From Candidatus Obscuribacteraceae bacterium (lineage in GTDB: Bacteria; Cyanobacteriota; Vampirovibrionia; Obscuribacterales; Obscuribacteraceae): a stretch of DNA of 64,000 nt. The DNA is taken from assembly GCA_044229845.1 (NCBI GenBank), contig JBGASG010000008.1, positions 1 through 64,000 of the forward strand, written 5' to 3'. Shown here one piece after another: positions 40,370-49,622 of this stretch. The position numbers and the translations under genes are program-made. Under the pieces are notes generated by a model, which saw nothing but the letters and a program-made list of their open reading frames with translations, searched no databases and was not told the DNA's origin. The number at the start of each line of letters is the position of its first letter. Position 1 is the first letter of the stretch.

Positions 40370-40765
40370 ATGCGTTTACCCCAATTCTGTGTTCGCTTCC
40401 CAAAGGAGATGGCAGAAGAAGTCACCCGACTGGCGAAAGCGAACAGGCTCACCCCCGCAGAGATGGTTCGTGAATTGGTCCGCGACGGAATCGTCGCCCG
40501 GGCCGAGGCAACCACCAACTCCCAATTCGCCTACGTAGAGAAGCGTCTGCGGCGAATGGAAGACCGATTTGCTGGCTGGATGATCAAACTCAGTAAAGCC
40601 ATCGCCCAGGTCTTGTTCTTCACCGAGCAGCTCGCGCTGTACGAGGTTGATGAGAAGGACCAAATAGCATTGAAGCAATTGGCGCAAAGCTTCGCGAGGC
40701 AATTTCTGCAACAAAAGACCTCCAGCCATCTAAAAGATGACCAGGAGCATCTGGACCAGGAATAG
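40370..40765 (+). CDS. Ribbon-helix-helix (CopG/MobC/TrwA-like) protein
   Basis: QFCVRFP beta strand plus two helices (EEVTRLAK...AEMVRELV); close paralog at 45914. Confidence 0.75.
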   Translation: MRLPQFCVRFPKEMAEEVTRLAKANRLTPAEMVRELVRDGIVARAEATTNSQFAYVEKRLRRMEDRFAGWMIKLSKAIAQVLFFTEQLALYEVDEKDQIALKQLAQSFARQFLQQKTSSHLKDDQEHLDQE

Positions 40766-40959
40766 CAAGCCGGAGGAGACCAGGGAACGCGTACCGCGCA
40801 CTCAACGTTGCGCAAGGGTGATTCGAATGGCTCAAATCCGGCAATTAGCCTGACGTTGCGCGGTTCCACATCACGCCGTCGGAAATGGACCTTCTGGAGG
40901 TAGCGCGCCTGCGCTCTTATATTGAACTTGACAGCTTTGATATGTGGTTAGGTAATTAT

Positions 40960-41110
40960 TGAGAGATCGGAGAGAGGAGAGTAAACCGAGCCTGCGCCCA
41001 GTGCAAAACCTGTCATATGGAGATTTGCGACTCTCCTCTCACCGCAGCAATAGTCTAACCCGAGGGAAATCTTTGGTCACGTTCGTGAAACCGTATAAGA
41101 GCTTCGGATA
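40960..41110 (+). ncRNA. IS110 bridge RNA (target- and donor-binding loops); ends approximate
   Basis: 11-bp stem 40972-82/41030-40 enclosing CTGCGCCC and ATGGAG; second stem enclosing GGGAAATCT and TATAAG; these match the flanks and element ends. Confidence 0.75.
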
Positions 41111-41153
41111 AGGCCGCTGCTTCGATCCGCACACTACAATAGAAAGAGGTTCT

Positions 41154-42137
41154 ATGAAGGTTCCAGCTGGTGCGGATATATCCGAACCATGGTTTGACAT
41201 TTGCGTTCTACCACCAAATGGTAAAGCACTTTCCGAGCGCTTTGCGCGAAATGCTCATGGACTTCGAGCCTGTGTCAAATGGCTTGAAGAGAACGGCATT
41301 CAGAGTATCGACTTAGTCATCGAACCGACCGGGCGATACGGTGAAATCGTTGCTGAGTATTTTTCATAAACGCAAGACGCGCGTCTTTGGCGCAGCCGCT
41401 CAAGTTTTCGAAGTACGCTGAATCACACGAGATTCGCATTCGTTCTGATCGGAAGGCAGCGTACCTGCTCGCAGAATACTGCAAAGAGCGTTCTGACAAA
41501 CTTCCTCAGTGGCAGCCAAAGACGAACTTAGAGTGGGAGCTGAGAGACACGGTAGTATTGATTCGTTCGCTGACAAAGCGAACTGTGGCAATCCGATGCC
41601 TTGCATGTGGACTCCGCTCCAAGTTTGTGAAACAGCAGCTCGAAGCCGAGTTGGCGATGGCGGGAGTCTAATTTAGAGCAAACCCTGGGGCGGGCCAAAG
41701 AGCTAATCGGTCAACACCCTGTTCTGAGCAACGATTTCACGCTCTTGTGCACGATCCCTGGAATAGCTGACAGATCAGCGGTCACCCTACTCACGCTTAT
41801 TGATTTCCGGCGCTTTCGTTCAAGTCGGTCTTTAGCATGCTTTCTCGGATTGACCAGCCGAAAACACGCATCAGGAATATCAGTGAGAGAAAAGGATCGT
41901 ATTTCTAAACGAGGAAGTGCGGCAGTTAGGGGAGCTTTATTCATGCCGGCACGCGCCGCGCGAGTACACAATCCCCAGATCAGAGAATTCTCTGAACGCC
42001 TTCTTGCGCAAGGAAAGCACGACTTCACGGTTCAGATGGCGGTGATCCGCAAGCTCGTGGTGACAGCTTGGTCCGTCATCCACAGCCAAACAGCTTGGGA
42101 CGCAAACCACGTAAACCCACACTTCAAAGCGTCTTAG
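41154..42137 (+). pseudogene. IS110 family recombinase, doubly frameshifted
   Basis: Three ORF pieces: GADIS..VIEPTG; RSDRKAA; TIPGI...FLGL...SG...ISKRG. Confidence 0.9.
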
Positions 42138-42266
42138 TTCGACATCGAAGTGCACTGAATACGGTGCCAGTTGCTTCGCAACTGGCGAACTTGTTTGCGC
42201 GCGTTCACCAGATTGACATTTGACGGGAAATCTCCATGCCGGCTAAAGCCGAGCAGCGGACCCCTC

Positions 42267-42318
42267 CTGTCAAGGCTAAACCCCTTCGGGGTGTCTGCTG
42301 CGCAGCCAGCCTTGACAG
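42267..42318. other. Branched hairpin upstream of integrase
   Basis: CTGTCAAGGCT/AGCCTTGACAG 11-bp stem enclosing ACCCCTTCGGGGT and GCTGCGCAGC. Confidence 0.55.
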
Positions 42319-42506
42319 CAGGAACCCGGTCCGCCGCTATTCCGCATGGGGGCATGGCGACTTGGCGCGGATTTTTCTGAAAGCAAAAAACAGCAAACCT
42401 CGGAAAGCCACATCCAATCAGCCATAGCAGAAGCAATTTTTGCTCAAGTCGTCGACATAGTGACGACACAACTTTACAAACACCCCCAAAATTCAAAGGC
42501 GAAAGA

Positions 42507-43748
42507 ATGCCCAAATTGACCCAAAAGTTTGTGAACGAAGTAGAACCCCCGGAGCGAGGTCAGAAGATCTACCGGGACACCGTGCTTGTCGGTCTTGCGT
42601 TACGCGTCACTCCCGGAAGCAAGACGTATGTCGTTGAGGCGCGAGTAAATGGTGTCGCCAGAAGAATCACTCTGGGCAAAAATGGCCCGCTGACTCCTGC
42701 CACGGCCCGAAAGAAAGCGCGCAAGATTCAAGCGATGATGGCGGCAGGCAAAGACCCCATGGTCGAGAGAGCGAAGAAAAAGACCATCGGTGTCACCCTG
42801 CACGACATCCTTGAGCAGTTCTTGTCGGTGAGAAATCTGAAGCCGAACACGACCCGGTGTTACCGATATATGGTGACGCGCTGTCTGCGCGACTGGCTAG
42901 ATCTGCCGGTGGTTTCAATCACGCGGGACATGGTAGAGCAGCGACACTCGGACCTGCGCAGGACGACGAGGCAAGGCACATCGGGGGAGGCGCAAGCGAA
43001 CACCGTGATGCACATGCTTGGCACGCTGCTGAACTTCGCTGCAGCCAACTACGACATCGACGAAAAACCCATCATCTTATATAACCCGGTCAAGCGGCTG
43101 TCACAAAATCGCCGCTGGTATCCAGAGCGCAGGCGACAAACGGTGATCCCGGACCACAAGCTGCCAGACTGGTATCAAGTCGTTGTGTCGCTCCGGCACC
43201 CCACCATCAGAGATTACCTTCTGCTCTTACTCTTCACGGGCTTGCGTCGCAATGAAGCCGCCACACTGCGGTGGGCTGATATCGATTTCGAGTCGAAGGT
43301 TTTGACCATTCGGGCGGAGATTGCGAAGAACGGAAAGGAACACCGCCTGCCGTTAAGCGATTTCCTCGAAGATCTGTTGAAGCGACGGCACGCGGAACGC
43401 GGGGATGCAGAGTATGTGTTTCCCGGACGCAGCGCCAAGCGCCACATCGTCGACTCGGACCATGTGATCAGTGGAGTGGCACAGAAGGCCGGTTGCCCAT
43501 TCACCCTCCACGATCTGCGCAGAACCTTCCTCACCGTCGCCGAGCGACTGGCACTTTCATACGTGGTTTTGAAGAAGCTCGCCAACCACTCGGGAAGGAA
43601 CGACACCACGTTCGGTTATCTTGTAGTCGACGTGGAAAGACTGCGTGAACCCATGCAAAAGATCACCAACGAGTTTGTGGCTATGTGCAAGGCGAAAGAA
43701 ACAGAGAAAGCCTCGGCAAATCCAACCGACGTCCAGGAAGCTCAGTAG
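42507..43748 (+). CDS. Tyrosine integrase with N-terminal arm-binding domain
   Basis: KLTQKFV...GLALRV...RRITLG arm domain; catalytic TGLRRNE, KN, HDLRR, NHS and GY all present. Confidence 0.95.
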   Translation: MPKLTQKFVNEVEPPERGQKIYRDTVLVGLALRVTPGSKTYVVEARVNGVARRITLGKNGPLTPATARKKARKIQAMMAAGKDPMVERAKKKTIGVTLHDILEQFLSVRNLKPNTTRCYRYMVTRCLRDWLDLPVVSITRDMVEQRHSDLRRTTRQGTSGEAQANTVMHMLGTLLNFAAANYDIDEKPIILYNPVKRLSQNRRWYPERRRQTVIPDHKLPDWYQVVVSLRHPTIRDYLLLLLFTGLRRNEAATLRWADIDFESKVLTIRAEIAKNGKEHRLPLSDFLEDLLKRRHAERGDAEYVFPGRSAKRHIVDSDHVISGVAQKAGCPFTLHDLRRTFLTVAERLALSYVVLKKLANHSGRNDTTFGYLVVDVERLREPMQKITNEFVAMCKAKETEKASANPTDVQEAQ

Positions 43749-43783
43749 AAGCGCTTTTCGCGCACAGGCAAATTTTTCTTGTT

Positions 43784-43906
43784 GTCGACACTGTGGCGAC
43801 AACGATCACAAGGATCCGTTTCATCCGTTTCTTGCATTGCCATCTCCGTGTGGCATCCGCACCACCCACGGTGCCAACGAGTTTTAGAAAGATCACTTAT
43901 CCCGGA
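43784..43906 (+). repeat. attR-like site copy 2 (arm repeat, palindrome, core)
   Basis: GTCGACACTGTGGCGACA, GCACC-N6-GGTGC, TAGAAAGATCACTTATCCCGGA; homologous to 49623-49744. Confidence 0.75.
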
Positions 43907-44842
43907 ACGAATAATAAGACAGAGTTCATCTACGCGCCAATGGAGGGAATTGCGAAAATTGTGGAGACGGTCAGCGGCAGCGTGACCAGTACGAAGCAGT
44001 TCCCGGGAGGAGAAGAACGCGACGGTAGCGGTGCTGTGACCAAGCAGTTCTTTGCCCAAGGACAGAGAAATGGCTCTACCAACTACTTCTATAGTCGCGA
44101 CCACCTCGGCTCGGTCCGCACAATGACGGACAACAGCGGTGTTTCTGCATCTGATCGAACTTTCGACCCCTATGGACGGATAACCGTCCTTAGCGAAAGC
44201 ACGGCGCCTGATTTTGGATTCGCGGGAATGTATGTCCACAGCAGGAGCGGACTTAATTTGACGACCTTCAGAGCTTACAATCCGGCCATTGCGCGATGGA
44301 TCAACCGAGACCCTCTGGGCGAAAGGGGCGCACTGAATGCGTATGGTTATGCGGATGGCAATCCCGTCAGCTTCGTTGACAGACTGGGACTCTTCACATT
44401 TGATGCCAAAGCATGCGCTGAGATAGAGAAATTTCTGAAATTCATGGCGGACATGTCTCGGGCAACAGGCAGAGAAGTTGGTGCAGGGTTTAACTACAAC
44501 AACGGTGTGCCAGAATTTCTGCAAGGACCACCCCATCTTGGAACAAGCAATCACGTTGATATTGAGGCGTGGACCTCTGGCGTGGCAATGACGCACGTAA
44601 TCGGTGATCCCGGACCCATGGGCTTTCTCAACGTTCCGCTTTGGGACAATTCAGGGTTCAATCAGAGTGACTATCAATTCTCTTTGAACTCGGCTCAACA
44701 AATCTGGACCATGAATGGCTCCGGCAACCTCTTTGTACTAGAAAGAGGGCAGCTGTACCAGATACAAGCGGGGTGCAACAAGTGTGAGTTCAGGGGAGCT
44801 GGACCGAAGGGCGACCCGGCAATTCACCGGCCAGTCCCCTAA
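43888..44842 (+). pseudogene. Orphan RHS core plus alternative toxin tip (JAB/DUF4329-like), no evident own start
   Basis: Homology to the main RHS begins exactly at ITYPG; DHLGSVR, RWINRDPLG, PVSFVDRLGL; tip has REVG...TH...FNQSD. Confidence 0.8.
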
Positions 44843-44921
44843 TAAGCGTGCCCTTGCGGGAAACCGTGTTGCGCTGACGCAGAATTTGTGCGATCTGTAC
44901 TACCCAGGGACTAAGGTGCGT

Positions 44922-45158
44922 ATGAAAGTCAAGAAAAAAACGGTGACTATCGGGTGCGTGGGACTGCTCATGGGTGGCATCGGGTTTCTGACGTCCGTAT
45001 ACATCCAAGAGGAGCATATTCCACCTGATAATCCACCTCCTGGTTTTAGGAGGTATCGTCGTACGCCTTTGCTGCACACTGTCATCGACAACATCACCAT
45101 CAATTCTGCTTCATTCGTTGCAAGAGGCATCAGTGCTTTGCGCTCCTCCGACAACTGA
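44922..45158 (+). CDS. Small single-TM protein, candidate immunity for tip 2
   Basis: MKVKKKTVTIGCVGLLMGGIGFL...; directly downstream of the orphan tip. Confidence 0.4.
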   Translation: MKVKKKTVTIGCVGLLMGGIGFLTSVYIQEEHIPPDNPPPGFRRYRRTPLLHTVIDNITINSASFVARGISALRSSDN

Positions 45159-45264
45159 AGATAGATCAGAACCAGGTAGGAAGAGATCGTCGCATCGGCG
45201 ACAGAATAAGCGCCTTGCGCGTCTCACATTGTTGGTCTCATTTACTCGTGAACTAGCTGCCCGG

Positions 45265-45357
45265 GCAGGATAAACAAGTGCTAGCAAACGGGCGCAAAGC
45301 ACCACGAGTGGTGCCTTTTCACGGTAGCATCGACGTTCGCCGTGAATGCCGCATACC
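45265..45357. repeat. Conserved non-coding module copy B (oriT-like)
   Basis: CCGGGCAGGATAA...GCACCACGAGTGGTGC...AATGCCG. Confidence 0.65.
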
Positions 45358-45567
45358 CGCAATCAAGTTGCACTCGGCACTGGGATAGCCACACGTCTAA
45401 ATACGACGATTCGTATGGAGTTGGCACGCCAGTGTTCTATAGTTACACTGACAAAACTGGATTGCACGACTAGATAACATCGGAGTAAATCATGGCCTGG
45501 ATAGCGTACTTCTTAGTTGGAAGCAAGCCGGATGCGCGCAAGTTCTGCCAATTACGAGGCGAGCATA

Positions 45568-45659
45568 GCAGGATAAGAGGATGATACCAAATGGCGGAAA
45601 GCACCACGGGCGGTGCCTTTCGACGGTATCGTCCACGCCCTACACGAATGCCGCAGACC
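45568..45659. repeat. Conserved non-coding module copy C (oriT-like)
   Basis: GCAGGATAA...GCACCACGGGCGGTGC...AATGCCG; homology to copy A continues to the RHH start. Confidence 0.65.
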
Positions 45660-45913
45660 TAAAAGCATCGCGTAGTCAGTGCGGCACGGCAGTCGCCCAT
45701 CACTAGTGCCTTTCCGGGTTCCATTGCTCTAGCTTTCTTACCCTTGCGGATGTTATCTCACACCATATATGGTGGCTTCGAGGGAACAAATCTCGCCGAT
45801 ATGCTTCAATGGTAATGGCGAGTTACTCGCCGAAACTCCCTCGGGAGTTCCCTGCAAGCTCCTTTGCTTGCGTCAACGTCCAAGTGCAATAGCACGTGCC
45901 CTTTGAGGTATCA

Positions 45914-46303
45914 ATGCGTTTACCCCAGTTTTGCGTTCGCTTCCCGCCAGAGATAGCTGAAGAAGTCTATCGGCTAGCGAAGGCGAACGGCGTCTCACAG
46001 TCCGACATGATTCGGGATCTGGTGCGCGACGGAATCATCGTCCGCGCAGAGGCCACCACGAATTCTCAATTCCAGTACGTAGAGCAACGCCTGCGTCGAA
46101 TAGAAGAACGCTTTGCCGGCTGGATGATCAAGCTTAGCAAAGCGACCGCCCAGACCTGGTTTTTCACAGAGCAACTCGCACTCTTCGAAGTGGATGAGGA
46201 GGACCAGATAGCATTGCGGCGAGCAGCAGAAAGGTTCATGAGCCAATTTCTGCAAATAAAGACCGCTCGCTATGAGCGGGAGCATCCAGTCCAGGACGAA
46301 TAG
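45914..46303 (+). CDS. Ribbon-helix-helix protein, paralog of 40370-40765
   Basis: MRLPQFCVRFP...RAEATTNSQF.YVE.RLRR.E.RFAGWMIKLSKA shared. Confidence 0.75.
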   Translation: MRLPQFCVRFPPEIAEEVYRLAKANGVSQSDMIRDLVRDGIIVRAEATTNSQFQYVEQRLRRIEERFAGWMIKLSKATAQTWFFTEQLALFEVDEEDQIALRRAAERFMSQFLQIKTARYEREHPVQDE

Positions 46304-46439
46304 ACCAGAGGAAGCGTGTGCGTCCGGTAGTCCACGTCGTGGGAATTTGTGCAGGGGTGTGGTTTGCTAATTGCACATGCGGCGCGGCTAGTTCGAAGCT
46401 ACGAAAAGCGCTTGCACACCGAGTCACTGAGGGCAAGTC

Positions 46440-46913
46440 GTGGCACGAGCAAGAAGAACAGATACAACGCACAACACCAACAGCGAACTTTTAACACGGA
46501 ATGAAGCTGCCCAGTATCTAGGCGTTTCTCCTAACACATTGGCGATCTGGAGTTGCACCGGGCGGTACGACTTACCCTTCGTGAAAGTTGGTCGGCTTGC
46601 AAAATACCAGAGGTCAACACTGGATCATTTCCTGCAGCGGCGCACGAAACACTGGGACGGAACGGAAACCGGGCGTGCAGACCGGCCTTGTGTAGCACCA
46701 GCATACACACCGTCTAAAAAAGCGCCCGCCGTGCGGCCGCAAGAGGTCGAATTTCGGGAAGTGAGGCTGGTCGAGCCACGCAGAGAAGAGGACCTGCCTC
46801 CATCGAACGGTGTGCTGGAAATCGCTCTACCCAGTGGTATCACTCTTCGACTGCCGGCAGGTTGTTCTCCGGACTTTCTCGCTTCGGTAATCGCCACATT
46901 GGAGAAATCGTAG
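46440..46913 (+). CDS. IS66 OrfA-like protein with N-terminal excisionase-type (HTH_17) domain
   Basis: LLTRNEAAQYLGVSPNTL..W...PFVKVGR..Y fused to FREV...LEIALPSGITLRL TnpA-type C-terminus. Confidence 0.75.
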   Translation: MARARRTDTTHNTNSELLTRNEAAQYLGVSPNTLAIWSCTGRYDLPFVKVGRLAKYQRSTLDHFLQRRTKHWDGTETGRADRPCVAPAYTPSKKAPAVRPQEVEFREVRLVEPRREEDLPPSNGVLEIALPSGITLRLPAGCSPDFLASVIATLEKS

Positions 46914-47320
46914 TGTTCAATTTGTCACCATCGGTGCGCATTTTCGTTTGCACAAAGCCGGTCGACATGCGGCGTTCGTTCGACGGGCTGTTCGGGCTTG
47001 TTCAGACGCTGGTGCACCAAGACCCGTTTTCTGGATCGCTCTTTCTCTTCCGCAGTCGACGCGGCGACTTCATCAAAATTCTCTGGTGGGACCTCGACGG
47101 ATTTGCCATTTTTGCAAAGCGTCTCGAAGTCGGAACATTCCGTTTTCCAGAAGTGCGGTTCGTGAACGGCGAGTATGAAGCACTGGAGATGGAACGATCC
47201 GACCTTCTCCTGCTTCTGGAGGGCATCGACACCGATTCTGTGAAGAGACTGAAGCGCTACCGCCGGAAAAGCCCGGGATCAAGCCAAAAGTCCACCCCAA
47301 AAGTACCCGCCGTGAGGTGA
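46913..47320 (+). CDS. tnpB: IS66 accessory protein TnpB
   Basis: PVDMRRSFDGL, DPFSG.LFLF, KILWWD.DG....KRLE.G.F. Confidence 0.95.
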   Translation: MFNLSPSVRIFVCTKPVDMRRSFDGLFGLVQTLVHQDPFSGSLFLFRSRRGDFIKILWWDLDGFAIFAKRLEVGTFRFPEVRFVNGEYEALEMERSDLLLLLEGIDTDSVKRLKRYRRKSPGSSQKSTPKVPAVR

Positions 47321-47502
47321 GCAAACATCCGATCGCCATCTGGTGGCACTTCCGAGAAACGAGGAGTAAAACATAATAGAATTTTCCAAGACGCTGGCCG
47401 GCAATGTCGCCACCATTGGCGGTGCAATACAGATCAGTCAGATCTAAGCTGCAAAATACGGTCCCGAGTAGTACCATATACGGTATCACCCAGGTATTTG
47501 CC

Positions 47503-49048
47503 GTGCCAAAATCCGAAGATTCCGAAAATACGCGCCTCAGAAAAGAAAATGCCCGGCTCCAAAAGTCGCTGGACCGCATGGAGAAGCAGCTCCAAGAAGC
47601 CAATGACGCCAACAAAGAGCTGCGCGCGCTCATGAAGGATCTCCAGGAAAAACTCGACATCCTTATCGTCCAATTCAAAAAACGGAATCGCAAGGACTTT
47701 GGCAACAAGACTGAACGACACAATCCGCGGCCGGCACTCGCTGACGAATTGTCTCCTCTGACTGCTAAGGAAAAGTCGACTCCAAAACCACGCAATCACA
47801 TCAAGCACATTCTCTCGCAGAACCTTCCCCCTGAGATTGTTCCGCACACCGTTAAGCCGGAAGATGCAACCTGTCCCTACTGCATCGTTGACACCGTTTT
47901 CGTCGGCACCGAAGTGACCCACCAGTTGGAGCGCTTGACTCAAACGCTTAAACATCTGCAGCATGAGCAGGAAGTTCGGGCGTGCCCGAAGTGTAGGAAG
48001 TACATCGTCACTGCAGAAAAACCTTGTTCGCCAATTCCCGGCAGCTACGCCGGACCGGGACTGCTCGCGGACGTCTGTGTGAACAAACTTGCAGACGGGC
48101 TTCCAAACTACAGACAGGAGAAAAGATACAAACGCGAAAGTGCCACCATACCACGGTCCACTCAAAGTGATTGGATGCTGGCTGCCTCGTTTACTGTTGA
48201 GCCCTCTGTACGATCTCGTTACTCGACGCCTGCTCCTTTCTCGCGTAATACAGACGGACGACAGCGAACTTAAGGTCCAGGACCGGAAGCACAAGCGAAA
48301 AATGCGCAAAGGCAAAATGACTGTTTACCGCGGGGATGAGAATCACAGGTTTGTAGCCTTCGATTTCTCTCCCGATCAAACCTTCGCCAGGAACATTGCA
48401 TTCCTCGAACAGTTTGTCGGCATCGTACAGGCCGACGCCGCAAAGGGCTTCGACAAGCTGTACGAGGATGGCACCAAAGTCGAGGCCGGTTGTAACGCCC
48501 ATTCGCGCAGGAAGTACTACGAAGCGCTGGTGATTGATCCTCAAAGCTGCAACCCGATCCTGGACATCTATCACGCACTTTACGACATCGAAGCAGAGAT
48601 CAAGACACGGAGTCCTGCGGAGAAGCTGGCTGAGCGACAAGCACGATCGAAGCCACTCGTTGGGCAGCTTCACGCCCTGGTTCTCTCTCTTAGTGAGAAA
48701 TTGAACCCGAAACATCCAGTCATGCGCGCCGTCCAGTACACACTCACTCACTGGCAGGCGCTCACTCGTTTTCTCGAAGATCCTGCCATCAATATCGACA
48801 ACAACGCCGCCGAGCGAGAAATCAAAGACTTCGTGATTGATCGAAAGAATTTCCTGTTCGCAGGCTCGGACGCTGGCGGTAAGTCGATTGCCATTCTCCT
48901 GACTCTCATTGCCTCTGCGAAGCGCAACAAGATCGACCCACGTGCATACCTCACCGACGTGTTTACGCGCATCAACTCCATGAAGACCAGCGAGCTTGAG
49001 CAGCTTCTTCCGGACCGGTGGACGCCAAACCAAAACAAAGTCTCCTGA
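47503..49048 (+). pseudogene. tnpC: IS66 transposase TnpC, frameshifted near 48205
   Basis: Coiled coil, CPYC/CPKC, LPNYRQ; second frame QTDD, QAD, CNAHSRRK, IDNNAAER, LLP..W. Confidence 0.9.
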
Positions 49049-49114
49049 ATTTCGCTACCTCAGGAAACCACGCCCCACCTTAATTTTCCAGGACGTGAAG
49101 AACCGGACGCACAC

Positions 49115-49164
49115 TCTATCTCTTCCAAATCGAGTTCGGCAGCAGAAGTGATGAGGAGCTTCAC
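49115..49164 (-). pseudogene. ParE/RelE toxin N-terminus truncated by IS66
   Basis: GTG at 49164 gives MKLLITSAAELDLEEI, cut at the IS66 right end. Confidence 0.6.
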
Positions 49165-49172
49165 GTTGAACT

Positions 49173-49391
49173 CTACAGTCTTGACTGAGCTTTTTTGCGC
49201 AGTTTTGCGAGCACTTCCTCGGCTGGCTTCAATTCACCACGGTCCGCAGCGGCAATGCCCTTCTGTATGTCTCGGCGAAAATCCTCAGCCCTAAGCTCTC
49301 GCATCAACTGTTCACGTTCTTCCGGGGACAGCTGATCTACCAGTTTCAAAACCTGGTCGACGGTTGGTCTTTTGTTTCGAGATTGAGTCAT
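49173..49391 (-). CDS. ParD-like/addiction-module antitoxin
   Basis: QLSPEEREQL...RRDIQKGIAAADRGELKPAEEVLAKL; precedes the parE remnant. Confidence 0.7.
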   Translation of the reverse strand: MTQSRNKRPTVDQVLKLVDQLSPEEREQLMRELRAEDFRRDIQKGIAAADRGELKPAEEVLAKLRKKAQSRL

Positions 49392-49622
49392 GAAAACACT
49401 TCTACGAGACTTCTACAGCCTGCTGATAGTTTACCACGGCCGGACGAACGCTCTAAGAGAGGCACAGGCGCCCGATGAAGGAATCCTATGGGACTTGAAG
49501 CGTCGGAGCATCGCGGATTACCCGGGACAGGATTAGCGAGAATAGCCGCGGAAGAGAAAGAGCCAGAACCTTACGCGAGCAGTCCGAAAACGAAATCAAC
49601 GCAGATTGAATTTGCGCGACTC

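Larger units (their letters stand above)
40916..42233 (+). mobile_element. IS110 family element (CT core at both ends)
   Basis: CT cores at 40916-17 and 42232-33 defined by matches to internal bridge-RNA guides. Confidence 0.8.
38317..43905 (+). mobile_element. Putative integrative element 1 inserted in the RHS gene (toxin tip, membrane protein, RHH, IS110, tyrosine integrase)
   Basis: Bounded by 16-bp direct repeats; integrase adjacent to right repeat; codon style appears to change after left repeat. Confidence 0.7.
46316..49114 (+). mobile_element. IS66 family element
   Basis: Imperfect TIRs GTGTGCGTCCGGT..T.CACGTC.TGG at both ends; orfA-tnpB-tnpC; no 8-bp TSD. Confidence 0.9.

Noticed and set aside
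43685..43887. ORF-track N-terminus of the orphan RHS as real coding sequence
   Set aside because: Overlaps the integrase end and att arm; no RHS similarity before ITYPG
46440..46650. HTH_17 domain as the excisionase gene of the integrative element
   Set aside because: Lies inside the IS66 TIRs and is fused to a TnpA-like tail; an in-trans role is not excluded
46913..47320. TnpB as RNA-guided nuclease
   Set aside because: IS66 TnpB accessory protein, unrelated to IS200/IS605 TnpB
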